The notes under the pieces are model-generated. The model was not told the DNA's origin, did not search any database, and was given only the letters and a program-made list of their open reading frames with translations. DNA of 63,495 nucleotides, counting the filler, from Octopus bimaculoides (Eukaryota): the NCBI RefSeq assembly GCF_001194135.2. It is 5 parts of 5 records of this genome, joined end to end, with 100 filler letters (N's around TTAATTAATTAA, not from the genome) between each part and the next. Parts side by side here need not be neighbours in the genome. Positions count along the whole stretch, not along the records: positions 1 to 15,851 come from NC_069003.1; 4 more parts are not named here. The stretch is one strand, 5' to 3'. Positions 1 to 12,519 of the stretch are shown in pieces; position 1 is the first letter of the stretch, and each line of letters opens with the position of its first letter. Made by a program: the position numbers and the translations under genes.

Positions 1-2517
1 ATATATATATATATATACTGAGGGTGATAAATTGAATATTAATTTAATTAACATCAATTTAAAACCAGTGGCCTAGCACATAAAAATCTGAAAATTCAGA
101 AAAATTGTATTACATGTGTATAAGAAGGGATGACCAAAAAGATGGATGGTTGGGGGACACACTCACACTACCATAAGGACGAGATTTTGACGAATAGAGG
201 GACAAAAAGCTTCAATAGAATTCTCTCCGCGTTCACCGGATCTGATACCACTAGACTTTATTTTTTGTTTTAAGGGGATGCTTAAACGATAAATTTTACA
301 GTACAAAACCGTTGACGGTCGATAAACTGAAGACAGCCATTGAATGCGTACAAACAGAAAGTTTTGACTTCATTAACTTCCTCACCACTCTGATGTACTC
401 GATTTTCGTTTTCATTTCTGCTTATGCCAGATTTACCTTCATTCCTCCAGAGTCAATACTATTCAAGTACCTGGAGGCGACAGTACCTACTAACCTCAAC
501 TCCAATCTTAAAACTTCTGCCTTTGTACTCAAAATTGTATGCCATTATATTCAATAGCGTCCAAATTTTTCCATATTTTAAACTGTAAAGAAGCAAATAG
601 TTCGAATTTAAATAGATAAAAACTGTTGTCTGTTGTGCTGAAGAGTAGCACAATAAGGATACTTGTAGCTATAAGGATACTTATATAAGGATACTTGTAG
701 CTCAAATCTGGCAGCCTTGGAAAACCCTTACTGACTGAAGCACATGATTCTCATTTGATAATGAAGAAACTGTCAGGGATGGCTTAGAAAACATGGAACC
801 CGTCTAAATATTTTACAGTATTTGAAAATTCGTTTCATTCAGAATTTAAGCCACCTTTTTCTTTTTTGTGTTTTCTTTATCAGGCGTGTTAATCTTGATT
901 TTCATTCCTCTATAGTTGGTGAAAGTATGGTATTAGCTTTCGACATGAATTAGTGATGTTATTGAAATGTAGACCAAAGAAAAGGGTGATGGAAGCAACC
1001 AGAACGGCGAAGGAAAAAAAAAATTTATTAAACATTTTGCTTTAAATATTCAACACTTTTCTTTACAATGATGAAAATAATGATAATGATGGTGATGACG
1101 ACGGGTAGGATGATAAAGAGGACGATGGTGGTGTATGAAAAGAAGGAAATATTCTAGANNNNNNNNNNNNNNNNNNNNNNNNNNNNNNNNNNNNNNNNNN
1201 NNNNNNNNNNNNNNNNNNNNNNNNNNNNNNNNNNNNNNNNNNNNNNNNNNNNNNNNNNNNNNNNNNNNNNNNNNNNNNNNNNNNNNNNNNNNNNNNNNNN
1301 NNNNNNNNNNNNNNNNNNNNNNNNNNNNNNNNNNNNNNNNNNNNNNNNNNNNNNNNNNNNNNNNNNNNNNNNNNNNNNNNNNNNNNNNNNNNNNNNNNNN
1401 NNNNNNNNNNNNNNNNNNNNNNNNNNNNNNNNNNNNNNNNNNNNNNNNNNNNNNNNNNNNNNNNNNNNNNNNNNNNNNNNNNNAAAGACGATAGAATAGA
1501 AATAGTGTTAATGATAGCGTGAAGCGATTCATTAGAAAATGGCTGCTGACTACCGTCTGCTTTTCTTCAAATTAAGCCTCTTTTCTTCAGACCCTTAGTT
1601 ATTAGGGCTTCTCTATCAAAGAAATGTTTGTCTTTGTGGGTGTGGGAAGAATAGAAGGAAGTTGTGGCTATTTGAAGGTCTGCTTTCGGAAATAACTGCT
1701 AAACCACTAGAAATTATTATCTGGTTGGTGCCGTGTGCGCGTGTGTGCGCGAACTGTTATGTGTTATGTACTTGTGAGTGTGTCTGTGTGTGTGTTTGTG
1801 TGTGTGTATATGTGTGTGTGTGAACATGAGACAGAAAGAATGAAAAAGAAAGAGAAGGAGAGTGTTTATTTGTGTCGAGTGTCTATGTGTGTGTATGTAT
1901 GTATGTATGTATGTATGTATATGTAAGTCGGTGTATAACGGAAGGATATTGCCATGTGCCGTGGTTGCGAAAGCTTTTGTATCCAAGTTTCAATGGTTAT
2001 GTGTGTATATATTTAGTTTGTCAGCGTGTATGCGTTTGTGTGTCTAAACAGCGGGAGAACAGAGAATGTGGGAAAAGTGTACGTGTACGTGAGTTTGTCA
2101 CTGTGTGAATGCATGGGTGTGAGATAGAATGAGTGTGTATACACATGTGTGTGTGCTTGTGTCTCTGCCTGTCGGCTGGGTATCATATACAAGGAAAAAT
2201 AGATGTGCGTGTGTCTGTTCTACATGAGCAGCAAAATAGCGCGCGCAGCTGTATGTGCGTGCGCCTATATGAGTGCACTCGTGTGTGTGTAAGTGTGTAG
2301 ACATATATACGTATATATTATATCAGCATACATATATAGTCATATTTACATACTTATATACACATATGTATATACACATATATATATGCATATCTACATA
2401 TACATATACACGTGTACATTTTATTATTTTAATCGTCAAAGCTTACAAAGAGGTTCAAAAGCCGAGAGTTTACATGTATGGCACTCATGAAGTTTGATGG
2501 AAATAATAATGATAATA

Positions 2518-2664
2518 ATAATAATGGTTTCAAATTTTGGCACAAGGCCAGCAACTTTGGGAAAGGGGATAAAGTCCATTAAATCGACCTCAGTACTCAA
2601 CTGGTACTCATTTTATCGATCCCGAAAGGATGAAAGGCAAAGTCGACCCCGGTAGCATTTGAAC

Positions 2665-2665
<1 letters not shown>
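2518..2665 (-). mobile_element. SINE family B, 3' part (Deu/Nin-like central domain)
   Basis: Reverse complement of GCCTTTCATCCTTTCGGGATCGATAAAATGAGTACCAG...GGCCTTGTGCCAAAATTTGAAACC plus (ATT)n tail. The same sequence recurs at 33.4-34.2 kb, 51.2-51.6 kb and 60.5 kb. Boundaries approximate. Confidence 0.75.
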
Positions 2666-2701
<36 letters not shown>

Positions 2702-2723
2702 TTTTATATATATATATATGTAC

Positions 2724-2765
<42 letters not shown>

Positions 2766-3016
2766 NNNNNNNNNNNNNNNNNNNNNNNNNNNNNNNNNNN
2801 NNNNNNNNNNNNNNNNNNNNNNNNNNNNNNNNNNNNNNNNNNNNNNNNNNNNNNNNNNNNNNNNNNNNNNNNNNNNNNNNNNNNNNNNNNNNNNNNNNNN
2901 NNNNNNNNNNNNNNNNNNNNNNNNNNNNNNNNNNNNNNNNNNNNNNNNNNNNNNNNNNNNNNNNNNNNNNNNNNNNNNNNNNNNNNNNNNNNNNNNNNNN
3001 NNNNNNNNNNNNNNNA

Positions 3017-3412
3017 TTCTTTTATTCTTTTTTTTCAGTCATTTGACTGTGGCCGTGCTGGGGCACCGCTTTTGATCGAACAAATCGACCCCAGAACTTA
3101 TTCTTTGTAAGCCTAGTACTTATTCTATCAGTTTCTTTTTGCCCAACCACAAAGTTACGGGAACATAAACACACCAACATCGGTTGCCAAGCGATGGTGG
3201 GGGAACAAACACAGACACAGAAACATACACACACACACATATACATACGACAGCCTTCTTTCAGTTTCCATCTACCAAATCCACTCACAGGGCTTTGGTC
3301 GGCCCGCGGCTATAGTAGAAGACACTTGCCCAAGGTGCCACGTAGTGGGACTGATTCAGGAACTATGTGGTTAGTAAGCAAGCTACTTACCACACAGTCA
3401 CTCCATATATAT
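3017..3412 (-). mobile_element. SINE family A (abundant tRNA-headed SINE with internal microsatellite)
   Basis: Reverse complement of GGAGTGGCTGTGTGGTAAG...GGCACCTTGGGCAAGTGTCTTCTACTATAG...CAGCATGGCCGCAGTCAAATGACTGAAA; about ten copies in the window. Confidence 0.85.
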
Positions 3413-3503
3413 AGTTCAACTTTACAGAAAAACAAAAGACGAAGACAGGTGAAGGAACAAGAAGCATGTGTATTAGTTTAACGCTCAGGAACAACTGAAA
3501 AGT

Positions 3504-3539
3504 CTTTGACGTTTCGAGCCTACGCTCTTCGACGGAAAG
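3504..3539 (-). ncRNA. Hammerhead-ribozyme-like motif, variant core (Penelope-type minimal fold)
   Basis: Minus strand CTTT-CCGTCGA-A-GAGC(GTAG)GCTC-GAA-ACGT-C-AAAG: stem I, stem II and palindromic ACGT present; core differs from CUGANGA at positions 4 and 6. Confidence 0.45.
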
Positions 3540-3734
3540 GATAGAGAGGGGAAAAATGAGAGCACGAAAAAACGGAGAAAGATAAAAACGTGTAAGGATT
3601 AACGGCTCAACGTGTTTATCCCATTTGTTCAACAAAACCCGTATATACCTACATGTATTCACACATACGGACACACAGAAACGCACATGCATACATATAC
3701 ATACATACATACATACATACATACATACATACAT

Positions 3735-4015
3735 ACAAGAAAAAGTATGTACCATCATAGAGGTCAGTTATCCTGCTAATGTGAATATCTCTTTGAAAAT
3801 CAAAGAGAAAGAATAACTATGAACAACTTGTTTCGAAACCTTCAGCTTCTATATCCGGATTACATTTATACCAATAATAATTGGTGCACTTGGTTTTGTG
3901 AGTAAATACCTACTGTCAGTCTGGATAAGCTTGGATTTTCAGAAAGAGAAATTAATCAACTGACTCACTCATTACAAATACAATCTGTAAGCGGAACAGT
4001 AAAACTGTTATCTTA
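3735..4015 (+). mobile_element. R4/Dong-like non-LTR retrotransposon, 3' REL-endonuclease fragment (degenerate)
   Basis: Translates across a stop and frameshift to KVCTIIEVSYPANVNISLKIKEKE...LQLLYPDY...FIPIIIGALGFVSKYL...LDKLGFSEREINQLTHSLQIQSVSGTVK, typical of the C-terminus of REL-type elements. Confidence 0.65.
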
Positions 4016-4059
4016 CTTATCAAAGGTGGAGCTTTGTATCTTCGTTATCAAGAAGCTCT

Positions 4060-4223
4060 GTGGAGGCGCAATGGCCCAGTGGTTAGGGCAGCGAACTCGC
4101 GGTCATAGGATCGCGGTTTCGATTCCCAGACCAGGCGTTGTGAGTGTTTATTGAGCGAAAACACCTAAAAGCTCCACGAGGCTCCGGCAGGGGATGGTGG
4201 CGAACTCTGCTGTACTCTTTCAC
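4060..4223 (+). mobile_element. SINE family D, 5' part (tRNA-derived head), cut by a gap
   Basis: GTGGAGGCGCAATGGCCCAGTGGTTAGGGCAGCG...GGTTTCGATTCCCAGACC with A/B-box-like motifs; near-identical to the copies at 13461-13851 and 57391-57777. Confidence 0.85.
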
Positions 4224-4798
4224 NNNNNNNNNNNNNNNNNNNNNNNNNNNNNNNNNNNNNNNNNNNNNNNNNNNNNNNNNNNNNNNNNNNNNNNNNNNNN
4301 NNNNNNNNNNNNNNNNNNNNNNNNNNNNNNNNNNNNNNNNNNNNNNNNNNNNNNNNNNNNNNNNNNNNNNNNNNNNNNNNNNNNNNNNNNNNNNNNNNNN
4401 NNNNNNNNNNNNNNNNNNNNNNNNNNNNNNNNNNNNNNNNNNNNNNNNNNNNNNNNNNNNNNNNNNNNNNNNNNNNNNNNNNNNNNNNNNNNNNNNNNNN
4501 NNNNNNNNNNNNNNNNNNNNNNNNNNNNNNNNNNNNNNNNNNNNNNNNNNNNNNNNNNNNNNNNNNNNNNNNNNNNNNNNNNNNNNNNNNNNNNNNNNNN
4601 NNNNNNNNNNNNNNNNNNNNNNNNNNNNNNNNNNNNNNNNNNNNNNNNNNNNNNNNNNNNNNNNNNNNNNNNNNNNNNNNNNNNNNNNNNNNNNNNNNNN
4701 NNNNNNNNNNNNNNNNNNNNNNNNNNNNNNNNNNNNNNNNNNNNNNNNNNNNNNNNNNNNNNNNNNNNNNNNNNNNNNNNNNNNNNNNNNNNNNNNNN

Positions 4799-4853
<55 letters not shown>

Positions 4854-5547
4854 TACATATATACATACAAACATAGTACATACAGACATGCATGCATGCA
4901 TGCGTACGTGCGTAAGTACGCAAGTGCCTGGTTTATTTTATTTGAATTACATTTTCTTTTTGTCCTTCGTAATTCTTAAATGCCTGTTGCTTCGGCATGT
5001 TGTATTCTTTTATCAATTAACATTGCTGAATAACTATCCCTCAAGTAGTATCCGTTTTAATGCTAACGCTCCTTTACTTCGAGTTTCCAAATTCGAAACA
5101 ATTGAGCCTATTCTCCTAGATGAAACTAATCATTAACATATCCCACAAAACGATTTTCACCGTATTCCAATGTGAAATGCATTTTATTTTTTATCTTATA
5201 AATTAGGGGTTTGAAAGCATGAAATTGTTCCATATGGTGGGTCGATAGAATGAGGTAATTCTGCAGGACTCCACTTCTTCTTTAAGAATTGTAATTCATG
5301 TTACAAATTTAGAAACCAATGTTTTAACCATTCCGTTCAGGTTGGATTCAACTGTGTATATTACTGGTACATACGCGAGCCAATGAGAAAGTTTCAGATG
5401 TGGTTGTCCTAAGTCCTAGAAATAGCAGCACAAAGGCCATGAATGACCCGTCTTTTTTTTTGTCTATCCTTCTAATTGTTGTTGCTCTTGTCCACCTTGT
5501 AGCGTCTAACTGTCCGAACGTTTTATTGTACTCTATTGCGTTTTTGT

Positions 5548-5582
<35 letters not shown>

Positions 5583-6183
5583 NNNNNNNNNNNNNNNNNN
5601 NNNNNNNNNNNNNNNNNNNNNNNNNNNNNNNNNNNNNNNNNNNNNNNNNNNNNNNNNNNNNNNNNNNNNNNNNNNNNNNNNNNNNNNNNNNNNNNNNNNN
5701 NNNNNNNNNNNNNNNNNNNNNNNNNNNNNNNNNNNNNNNNNNNNNNNNNNNNNNNNNNNNNNNNNNNNNNNNNNNNNNNNNNNNNNNNNNNNNNNNNNNN
5801 NNNNNNNNNNNNNNNNNNNNNNNNNNNNNNNNNNNNNNNNNNNNNNNNNNNNNNNNNNNNNNNNNNNNNNNNNNNNNNNNNNNNNNNNNNNNNNNNNNNN
5901 NNNNNNNNNNNNNNNNNNNNNNNNNNNNNNNNNNNNNNNNNNNNNNNNNNNNNNNNNNNNNNNNNNNNNNNNNNNNNNNNNNNNNNNNNNNNNNNNNNNN
6001 NNNNNNNNNNNNNNNNNNNNNNNNNNNNNNNNNNNNNNNNNNNNNNNNNNNNNNNNNNNNNNNNNNNNNNNNNNNNNNNNNNNNNNNNNNNNNNNNNNNN
6101 NNNNNNNNNNNNNNTATATGTATGTATGTATGTATGTATTATGTATGCATTCCTTTCTCTCTCCATTTTTTTTATTCTCATTC

Positions 6184-6219
6184 CATTCTGTTTATGAGCG
6201 TAGGCTCGAAATGTCAATG
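6184..6219 (+). ncRNA. Degenerate hammerhead-like motif (same family as 3504-3539)
   Basis: CATT-CTGTTTA-T-GAGC(GTAG)GCTC-GAA-ATGT-C-AATG; downstream flank resembles the reverse complement of 3440-3500. Confidence 0.35.
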
Positions 6220-6785
6220 ACTTTGCCATTCTTCCCGACCGTCAAACTAATACACTTGCTTGTTGTTCCTTCGCGCGTCTTCATTTTTTAAATATATTTT
6301 CTGTAAATTTGAACTATATGTGAGTATGTGTGCGTGTGTGTGTATTTCCATAAGCATGCGCATAACCTCAGCACTGTCATACAATTTGAAAGATTTTCCT
6401 TCCCCACCCACCGCGACGATTAGTGAATGCTGTTACGATTTCTTGTTCTATTAGAGATCAAGGCATGTGACTAGTTGTATGTTAGAGCTTTAGGGATGGT
6501 AAATACATACATAATTACACGCAAACACACACACACACAGACACACAAACACACATATATATGTATATATATATTATATGTGTGTGTTACTGCCTGTGTG
6601 AATGTGCGTGTGCGTGTTTACTTTGTATTGTTTTATTGTCAATAAAATATATGTTCATACATAAAACACTCTTACAGAAAAATATTTGCATATATGCATA
6701 TTTACATAGATGTATATGCATGCGTATATATGTTCGTGTTCGTGTGTCTATGTATGTGTGCGCTGTTTATGTGTACGGAAATATA

Positions 6786-6894
<109 letters not shown>

Positions 6895-7074
6895 ATGTAT
6901 GTATATATATATATGTATGTATACAGACGAGGACAGATTGATTGAAAATGGGTTTTATATGTTTACTATTGCCTCGGTTTATTTTGTATACAATTTCATG
7001 TGATTATGACGCGTGTGTATATGTGCATGCCTGCAAAAACTTGTATATGTACGCGGGATGTGTGCGTCAACATG

Positions 7075-7106
<32 letters not shown>

Positions 7107-7136
7107 TACATATATATATGTATGTATTTGTGTGTG

Positions 7137-7168
<32 letters not shown>

Positions 7169-7789
7169 CAAACAAAATGCACGCTCCCGTTGAAGAGGAC
7201 ATATAAACATTCAGCCTTAACCGAACGATCTGTACAAATGGTTAGTTTAGAGTGACCAAATTTACAAATGTTCGTATCGCACTTTAGTCCACTCTCTCCA
7301 TTAAATCGACGTTATCTGAACAGGTGCACGGTGTGCCACGCACACACACACACACACTCACATGCACGCACACACGCACNNNNNNNNNNNNNNNNNNNNN
7401 NNNNNNNNNNNNNNNNNNNNNNNNNNNNNNNNNNNNNNNNNNNNNNNNNNNNNNNNNNNNNNNNNNNNNNNNNNNNNNNNNNNNNNNNNNNNNNNNNNNN
7501 NNNNNNNNNNNNNNNNNNNNNNNNNNNNNNNNNNNNNNNNNNNNNNNNNNNNNNNNNNNNNNNNNNNNNNNNNNNNNNNNNNNNNNNNNNNNNNNNNNNN
7601 NNNNNNNCGTGATCTCCTGTTTGGTGGGATTTGAGACGGTCACTGTCTCGGAGCGGCGTTTATGTTTTATGTTTTATGTTTTATTTGTTTCAGTCATAAG
7701 ACTGTGGCCATGCTGGGGCACCACCTTAATGCTGTTTTAAAAAACAGAGGACGTTGGATTTAAACAATTGGTAAAATGTTTGGAAAATG

Positions 7790-7877
7790 ATGAAGAAGGG
7801 TGGAAGGAAGAGGTGGAGGACGACGACAACAACGATGATGACGATGATGACGATGATGATGATGATGGTGGTGGTGG

Positions 7878-7919
<42 letters not shown>

Positions 7920-7970
7920 CGGTGATGATGATGATGATGACGATGATGGTGGTGGTGGTGATGATGATGG

Positions 7971-8035
<65 letters not shown>

Positions 8036-8095
8036 GTGACGACGACGACGATGACGATGACTACGATGACGGTGACAGCGACGACGATGATGGCG
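7790..8095. repeat. (GAT/GAC/GGT)n trinucleotide microsatellite
   Basis: Directly visible; produces the poly-Asp/His/Met/Ile ORFs in the track. Confidence 0.95.
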
Positions 8096-8569
8096 CTGAC
8101 ATTGGTGGAGTTGAGTGTCCGGTGAGAGAATGAACGGCAGCTGAGTGTGAGTGAGCGCAAGGCAGTGGAGTGTAGCCATCTGAACCTGGCTTACATTTTG
8201 AAAAGACGTCTTTCCATGAATTTAAATGTCTGCACAGAAGAAGAATGCCGGAACTCTTTCGGTTGGGGTTTTTCTTGTGGGGTGGGCATTAAGATTTGAA
8301 ACTGGGATAATTTTACTAAGCTTCTAGTTTTGCGATTTCGTGATTTAAAAATTTCTTTTTTTATATATTTTACTTTAAGGATTTTCTCAGTGATCACTTC
8401 AACCCTAAACTTAACCCTAAGGTTGACCCCTTAGGTTATCCATGACCTTAGCCCTAATCATGACTCTAACCTTAAACTATACTGGAAATGATGTAATATT
8501 TGCGTTGGTGCTTCTAAAGGGGGTGATAATGGGGTTTGTGATGACGGGCTAATTGTGAAGACGATGGCG

Positions 8570-8934
8570 TTGGCAAAGACGATGGCGGTGATGATGATGA
8601 TGATGATGATGATGATGGCGACGACAAGACAAGACGAAGGAGGAGGAGATGAAGGAGGAGGGGAGATGAGGAGAAGGAGAGAAGAAGGGAGAGAAGAGGG
8701 AAGAGGAGGGGAAGAGGGCGACACCGACTGCGAAGATGATGATGATGATGATGGTGCCGGTGATGGTGTTGCCGTCGCTGTTATGGATGACAGTGTTGTT
8801 GCTACTACTACTACTACTTACAAGTAGTAGTAGTAGTAGTAGTAGCAACAGTAGTGGTGGTGGTGATGGTGGTAGTAGTTATAATAGTGGTGGTGGTGGT
8901 GGTAGTAGTAGTAGTAGCAGCAGCAACAGCAGTG

Positions 8935-8981
<47 letters not shown>

Positions 8982-8985
8982 CGTC
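8570..8985. repeat. Compound (GAT)n / GGA-rich / (TAG)n / (GGT)n microsatellite
   Basis: Directly visible. Confidence 0.9.
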
Positions 8986-10240
8986 GTTCAGTACTGTCTG
9001 CTATTGATATGATGATTGTTAGTAAAGGTCTCCATGTTGGCAGGGGCCTGTAATTCTGCGTGTGTGCAAATTATGGGTGATACGTGCCAATAGGCAAAAA
9101 TGCTGAAGACCTGTAATTGTATATGTGTGGGCATATGAATCTGTACTTATGTCAATAGACCTGCATGTATAGATGTATATATCTATATGCATATGTATGT
9201 ATATATATATATATATNNNNNNNNNNNNNNNNNNNNNNNNNNNNNNNNNNNNNNNNNNNNNNNNNNNNNNNNNNNNNNNNNNNNNNNNNNNNNNNNNNNN
9301 NNNNNNNNNNNNNNNNNNNNNNNNNNNNNNNNNNNNNNNNNNNNNNNNNNNNNNNNNNNNNNNNNNNNNNNNNNNNNNNNNNNNNNNNNNNNNNNNNNNN
9401 NNNNNNNNNNNNNNNNNNNNNNNNNNNNNNNNNNNNNNNNNNNNNNNNNNNNNNNNNNNNNNNNNNNNNNNNNNNNNNNNNNNNNNNNNNNNNNNNNNNN
9501 NNNNNNNNNNNNNNNNNNNNNNNNNNNNNNNNNNNNNNNNNNNNNNNNNNNNNNNNNNNNNNNNNNNNNNNNNNNNNNNNNNNNNNNNNNNNNNNNNNNN
9601 NNNNNNNNNNNNNNNNNNNNNNNNNNNNNNNNNNNNNNNNNNNNNNNNNNNNNNNNNNNNNNNNNNNNNNNNNNNNNNNNNNNNNNNNNNNNNNNNNNNN
9701 NNNNNNNNNNNNNNNNNNNNNNNNNNNNNNNNNNNNNNNNNNNNNNNNNNNNNNNNNNNNNNNNNNNNNNNNNNNNNNNNNNNNNNNNNNNNNNNNNNNN
9801 NNNNNNNNNNNNNNNNNNNNNNNNNNNNNNNNNNNNNNNNNNNNNNNNNNNNNNNNNNNNNNNNNNNNNNNNNNNNNNNNNNNNNNNNNNNNNNNNNNNN
9901 NNNNNNNNNNNNNNNNNNNNNNNNNNNNNNNNNNNNNNNNNNNNNNNNNNNNNNNNNNNNNNNNNNNNNNNNNNNNNNNNNNNNNNNNNNNNNNNNNNNN
10001 NNNNNNNNNNNNNNNNNNNNNNNNNNNNNNNNNNNNNNNNNNNNNNNNNNNNNNNNNNNNNNNNNNNNNNNNNNNNNNNNNNNNNNNNNNNNNNNNNNNN
10101 NNNNNNNNNNNNNNNNNNNNNNNNNNNNNNNNNNNNNNNNNNNNNNNNNNNNNNNNNNNNNNNNNNNNNNNNNNNNNNNNNNNNNNNNNNNNNNNNNNNN
10201 TATATATACATATGTGTGTGTGTGTGTGTGTGTGTATGTG

Positions 10241-10560
10241 AAGGCCCGTGGCTTAGTGTGGTTAGGGTATTCGGCTCACTATCGTAAGCTCTTGAGTTCA
10301 ATTCCCGGCGACATGTTGTCTCTTTGAGCAAGACACTTTATTTCACGTTGCTCCAGTCCACTCAGCTGGTAAAAACGAGTTGTACCTGTTGTTCAATGAG
10401 CCAGCCTTGTTACATTTGGTATGTCATGCTGAATCTCCTCGAGAACTACGTTTAGGGTGCATGTGTCTGTGGAGTGCTCAGCTACTTGCATGTTAATTTC
10501 ACGAGCGGGCTGTTCAGTTGATCGTATCAGCTGGGACCCTCGTCGTTGTAACCGACGAAG
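10241..10560 (+). mobile_element. SINE family C (tRNA head plus CORE/V-like domain)
   Basis: GAAGGCCCGTGGCTTAGTGTGGTTAGGGTATTCGGC...GAGTTCAATTCCCGG...TTGAGCAAGACACTTTATTTCACGTTGCTCCAGTCCACTCAGCTG; related copies at 17500-17735 (-), 45570-45870 (+) and about 48830-49030 (+). Confidence 0.75.
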
Positions 10561-10796
10561 TGCTCCTATGCATGTATATGTTTGTGTGTCTGTTTTTGTC
10601 CCCCACCATCACTTAACACCGATGATGGTGTGTTTACGTCCCCGTAACTTAGCGGTTCGGCAAAAAGATCGATAAAATAAGTACTAGGCTTACAATGAAT
10701 AAGTAATGGTGTCGATTTGTTCGACTAAAGGCAGTGCTCCAGCATGGCCGCGGTCAAATGACTGAAACAAATAAAAGAATAAAAAAGAATATATAT

Positions 10797-11221
10797 ATAG
10801 GCGTAGGAGTGGCTGTGTGGTAAGTAGCTTGCTTACCAACCACATGGTTCCGGGTTCAGTCCCACTGCGTGGCACCTTCGGCAAGTACCTTCTACTATAG
10901 CCTCGGGCCGACCAAAGCCTTGTGAGTGGATTTGGTAGACGGAAACTGAAAGAAGCCTGTCGTGTATATATGTATATATATATATGTATGAGCGTGTGCA
11001 TGTTTGTGTGTCTGTGTTTATCCCCCCAACATCGTTTATAAACCGATGCTGGTGTGTTTACGTCCCCGTAACTTAGCGGTTCGGCAAAAGAGACCGATAA
11101 AATAAGTACTAGGCTTACAAAGAATAAGTCCTGGGGTCGATTTGCTCGAATAAAGGTGGTGCTCCAGCATGGCCGCAGTCAAATGACTGAAACAAGTAAA
11201 AGAGTAAAAGAGAGTAAAGAG

Positions 11222-11222
<1 letters not shown>
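10797..11222 (+). mobile_element. SINE family A, full length
   Basis: GGCGTAGGAGTGGCTGTGTGGTAAG, B-box GGTTCAGTCCC, internal (TA/TG)n, 3' CAGCATGGCCGCAGTCAAATGACTGAAAC and (AAGAGTA)n-like tail. Confidence 0.9.
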
Positions 11223-11265
<43 letters not shown>

Positions 11266-11703
11266 CAGAGAGATGTATATGAGTGAGTGTGTGTGTAAAT
11301 ATGTGCGCACATATATACATAGACACATGTATACGCTGTTACGCACATTCATGAATGCACACACACACACACACACATGTATGTATATCTATCTCTATAT
11401 ATATATATGTATATATATATACATGAATATATTCAGATGTATACATGTGTATATATGTACACATGTATACACTTATACCAAATATGCATATGAGTGTATA
11501 TTTATATATATACATACATATATNNNNNNNNNNNNNNNNNNNNNNNNNNNNNNNNNNNNNNNNNNNNNNNNNNNNNNNNNNNNNNNNNNNNNNNNNNNNN
11601 NNNNNNNNNNNNNNNNNNNNNNNNNNNNNNNNNNCCATTAAAGCTCAACAGCCGCAACAATCCCACCACATCCACCACCACCACCACCACCACCACCACC
11701 ACC

Positions 11704-11746
<43 letters not shown>

Positions 11747-12519
11747 AAACACCATCAACAACAACTGCAAAGAAACACGATCTGAGGAGTAGAATGTCGG
11801 TTTGGTCATTTCTTGAGATGCGTGAGGTCCTTTTAAAATTCCTTAAAGGTCTCTTCAGGCATTAATATGTCGTCTATACGTGCTTTGACACCACCCAATA
11901 TGGCAATGAGGAAGTAGAGAAATATCTCCATTATTATTATTATAGTTGTTGTTGTTGTTATTATTTTCATCATCATCATCACCATCACCATCATCACCAC
12001 CACTACTGTCATCAGCGTCGTCGTCATCATAATTATTATTTGTAAGTGAGAGAGCAGCACATGCCATCAAAGTGACGCTAATATACAAATATGCGAAGCA
12101 CAGTATACCCATCATGACTACCCGTCTGATATGGGTACACCAGACACATGCATCACAACAACCATATCTGCGCGACATGGTGATCTCATATCAAGAAAAA
12201 CTGCGCATGACTTTGCAGGTGGGACCCAGTTAGAATTTTCTTCAGATCGAGTAACCCATCCCACTCAAAAGATCCCTGAATGAGGGTTATTAAGGGTGAT
12301 GTGACGAAACCACTATGCTTCCAGGGGTGAATTACTCAAACCCCAAAGAATTCCTCTCAACACGTGACTATGATGCTCCCCGACTACTTCTGCTCGTGAT
12401 CAGAGATGCACATATTGCCAGCCACCAAGGGACATGTTCAACTGGTTAAGGTCAAGCAACTGACAAGAAAATCTGTGGTATAGAGTAGAATATTTGCTGT
12501 AGCCCATCTTTTACATCAA

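Noticed and set aside
312-653. Short overlapping ORFs at the window start
   Set aside because: No recognisable domain or splice pattern; at most a faint resemblance to a decayed LINE RT C-terminus that I cannot support.
4060-4140. tRNA-like sequences (also heads at 10241, 10797, 13851, 45570, 57777)
   Set aside because: A/B boxes are present but each continues into a shared SINE body, and no complete cloverleaf is evident; these are SINE heads, not tRNA genes.
5440-5540. Signal-peptide-like frame MNDPSFFLSILLIVVALVHLVASNCP
   Set aside because: No convincing donor site, hydrophobicity is explained by T-rich sequence, and it runs into a microsatellite.
7726-8179. Poly-Asp, poly-His, poly-Met and poly-Ile ORFs (also 8458-9053, 14157-14935)
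   Set aside because: Translations of trinucleotide microsatellites, open in several frames, with no splice or domain context.
8395-8480. CCCTAA-like motifs as a possible interstitial telomere
   Set aside because: Only a few scattered, degenerate motifs, with no tandem (TTAGGG)n tract.
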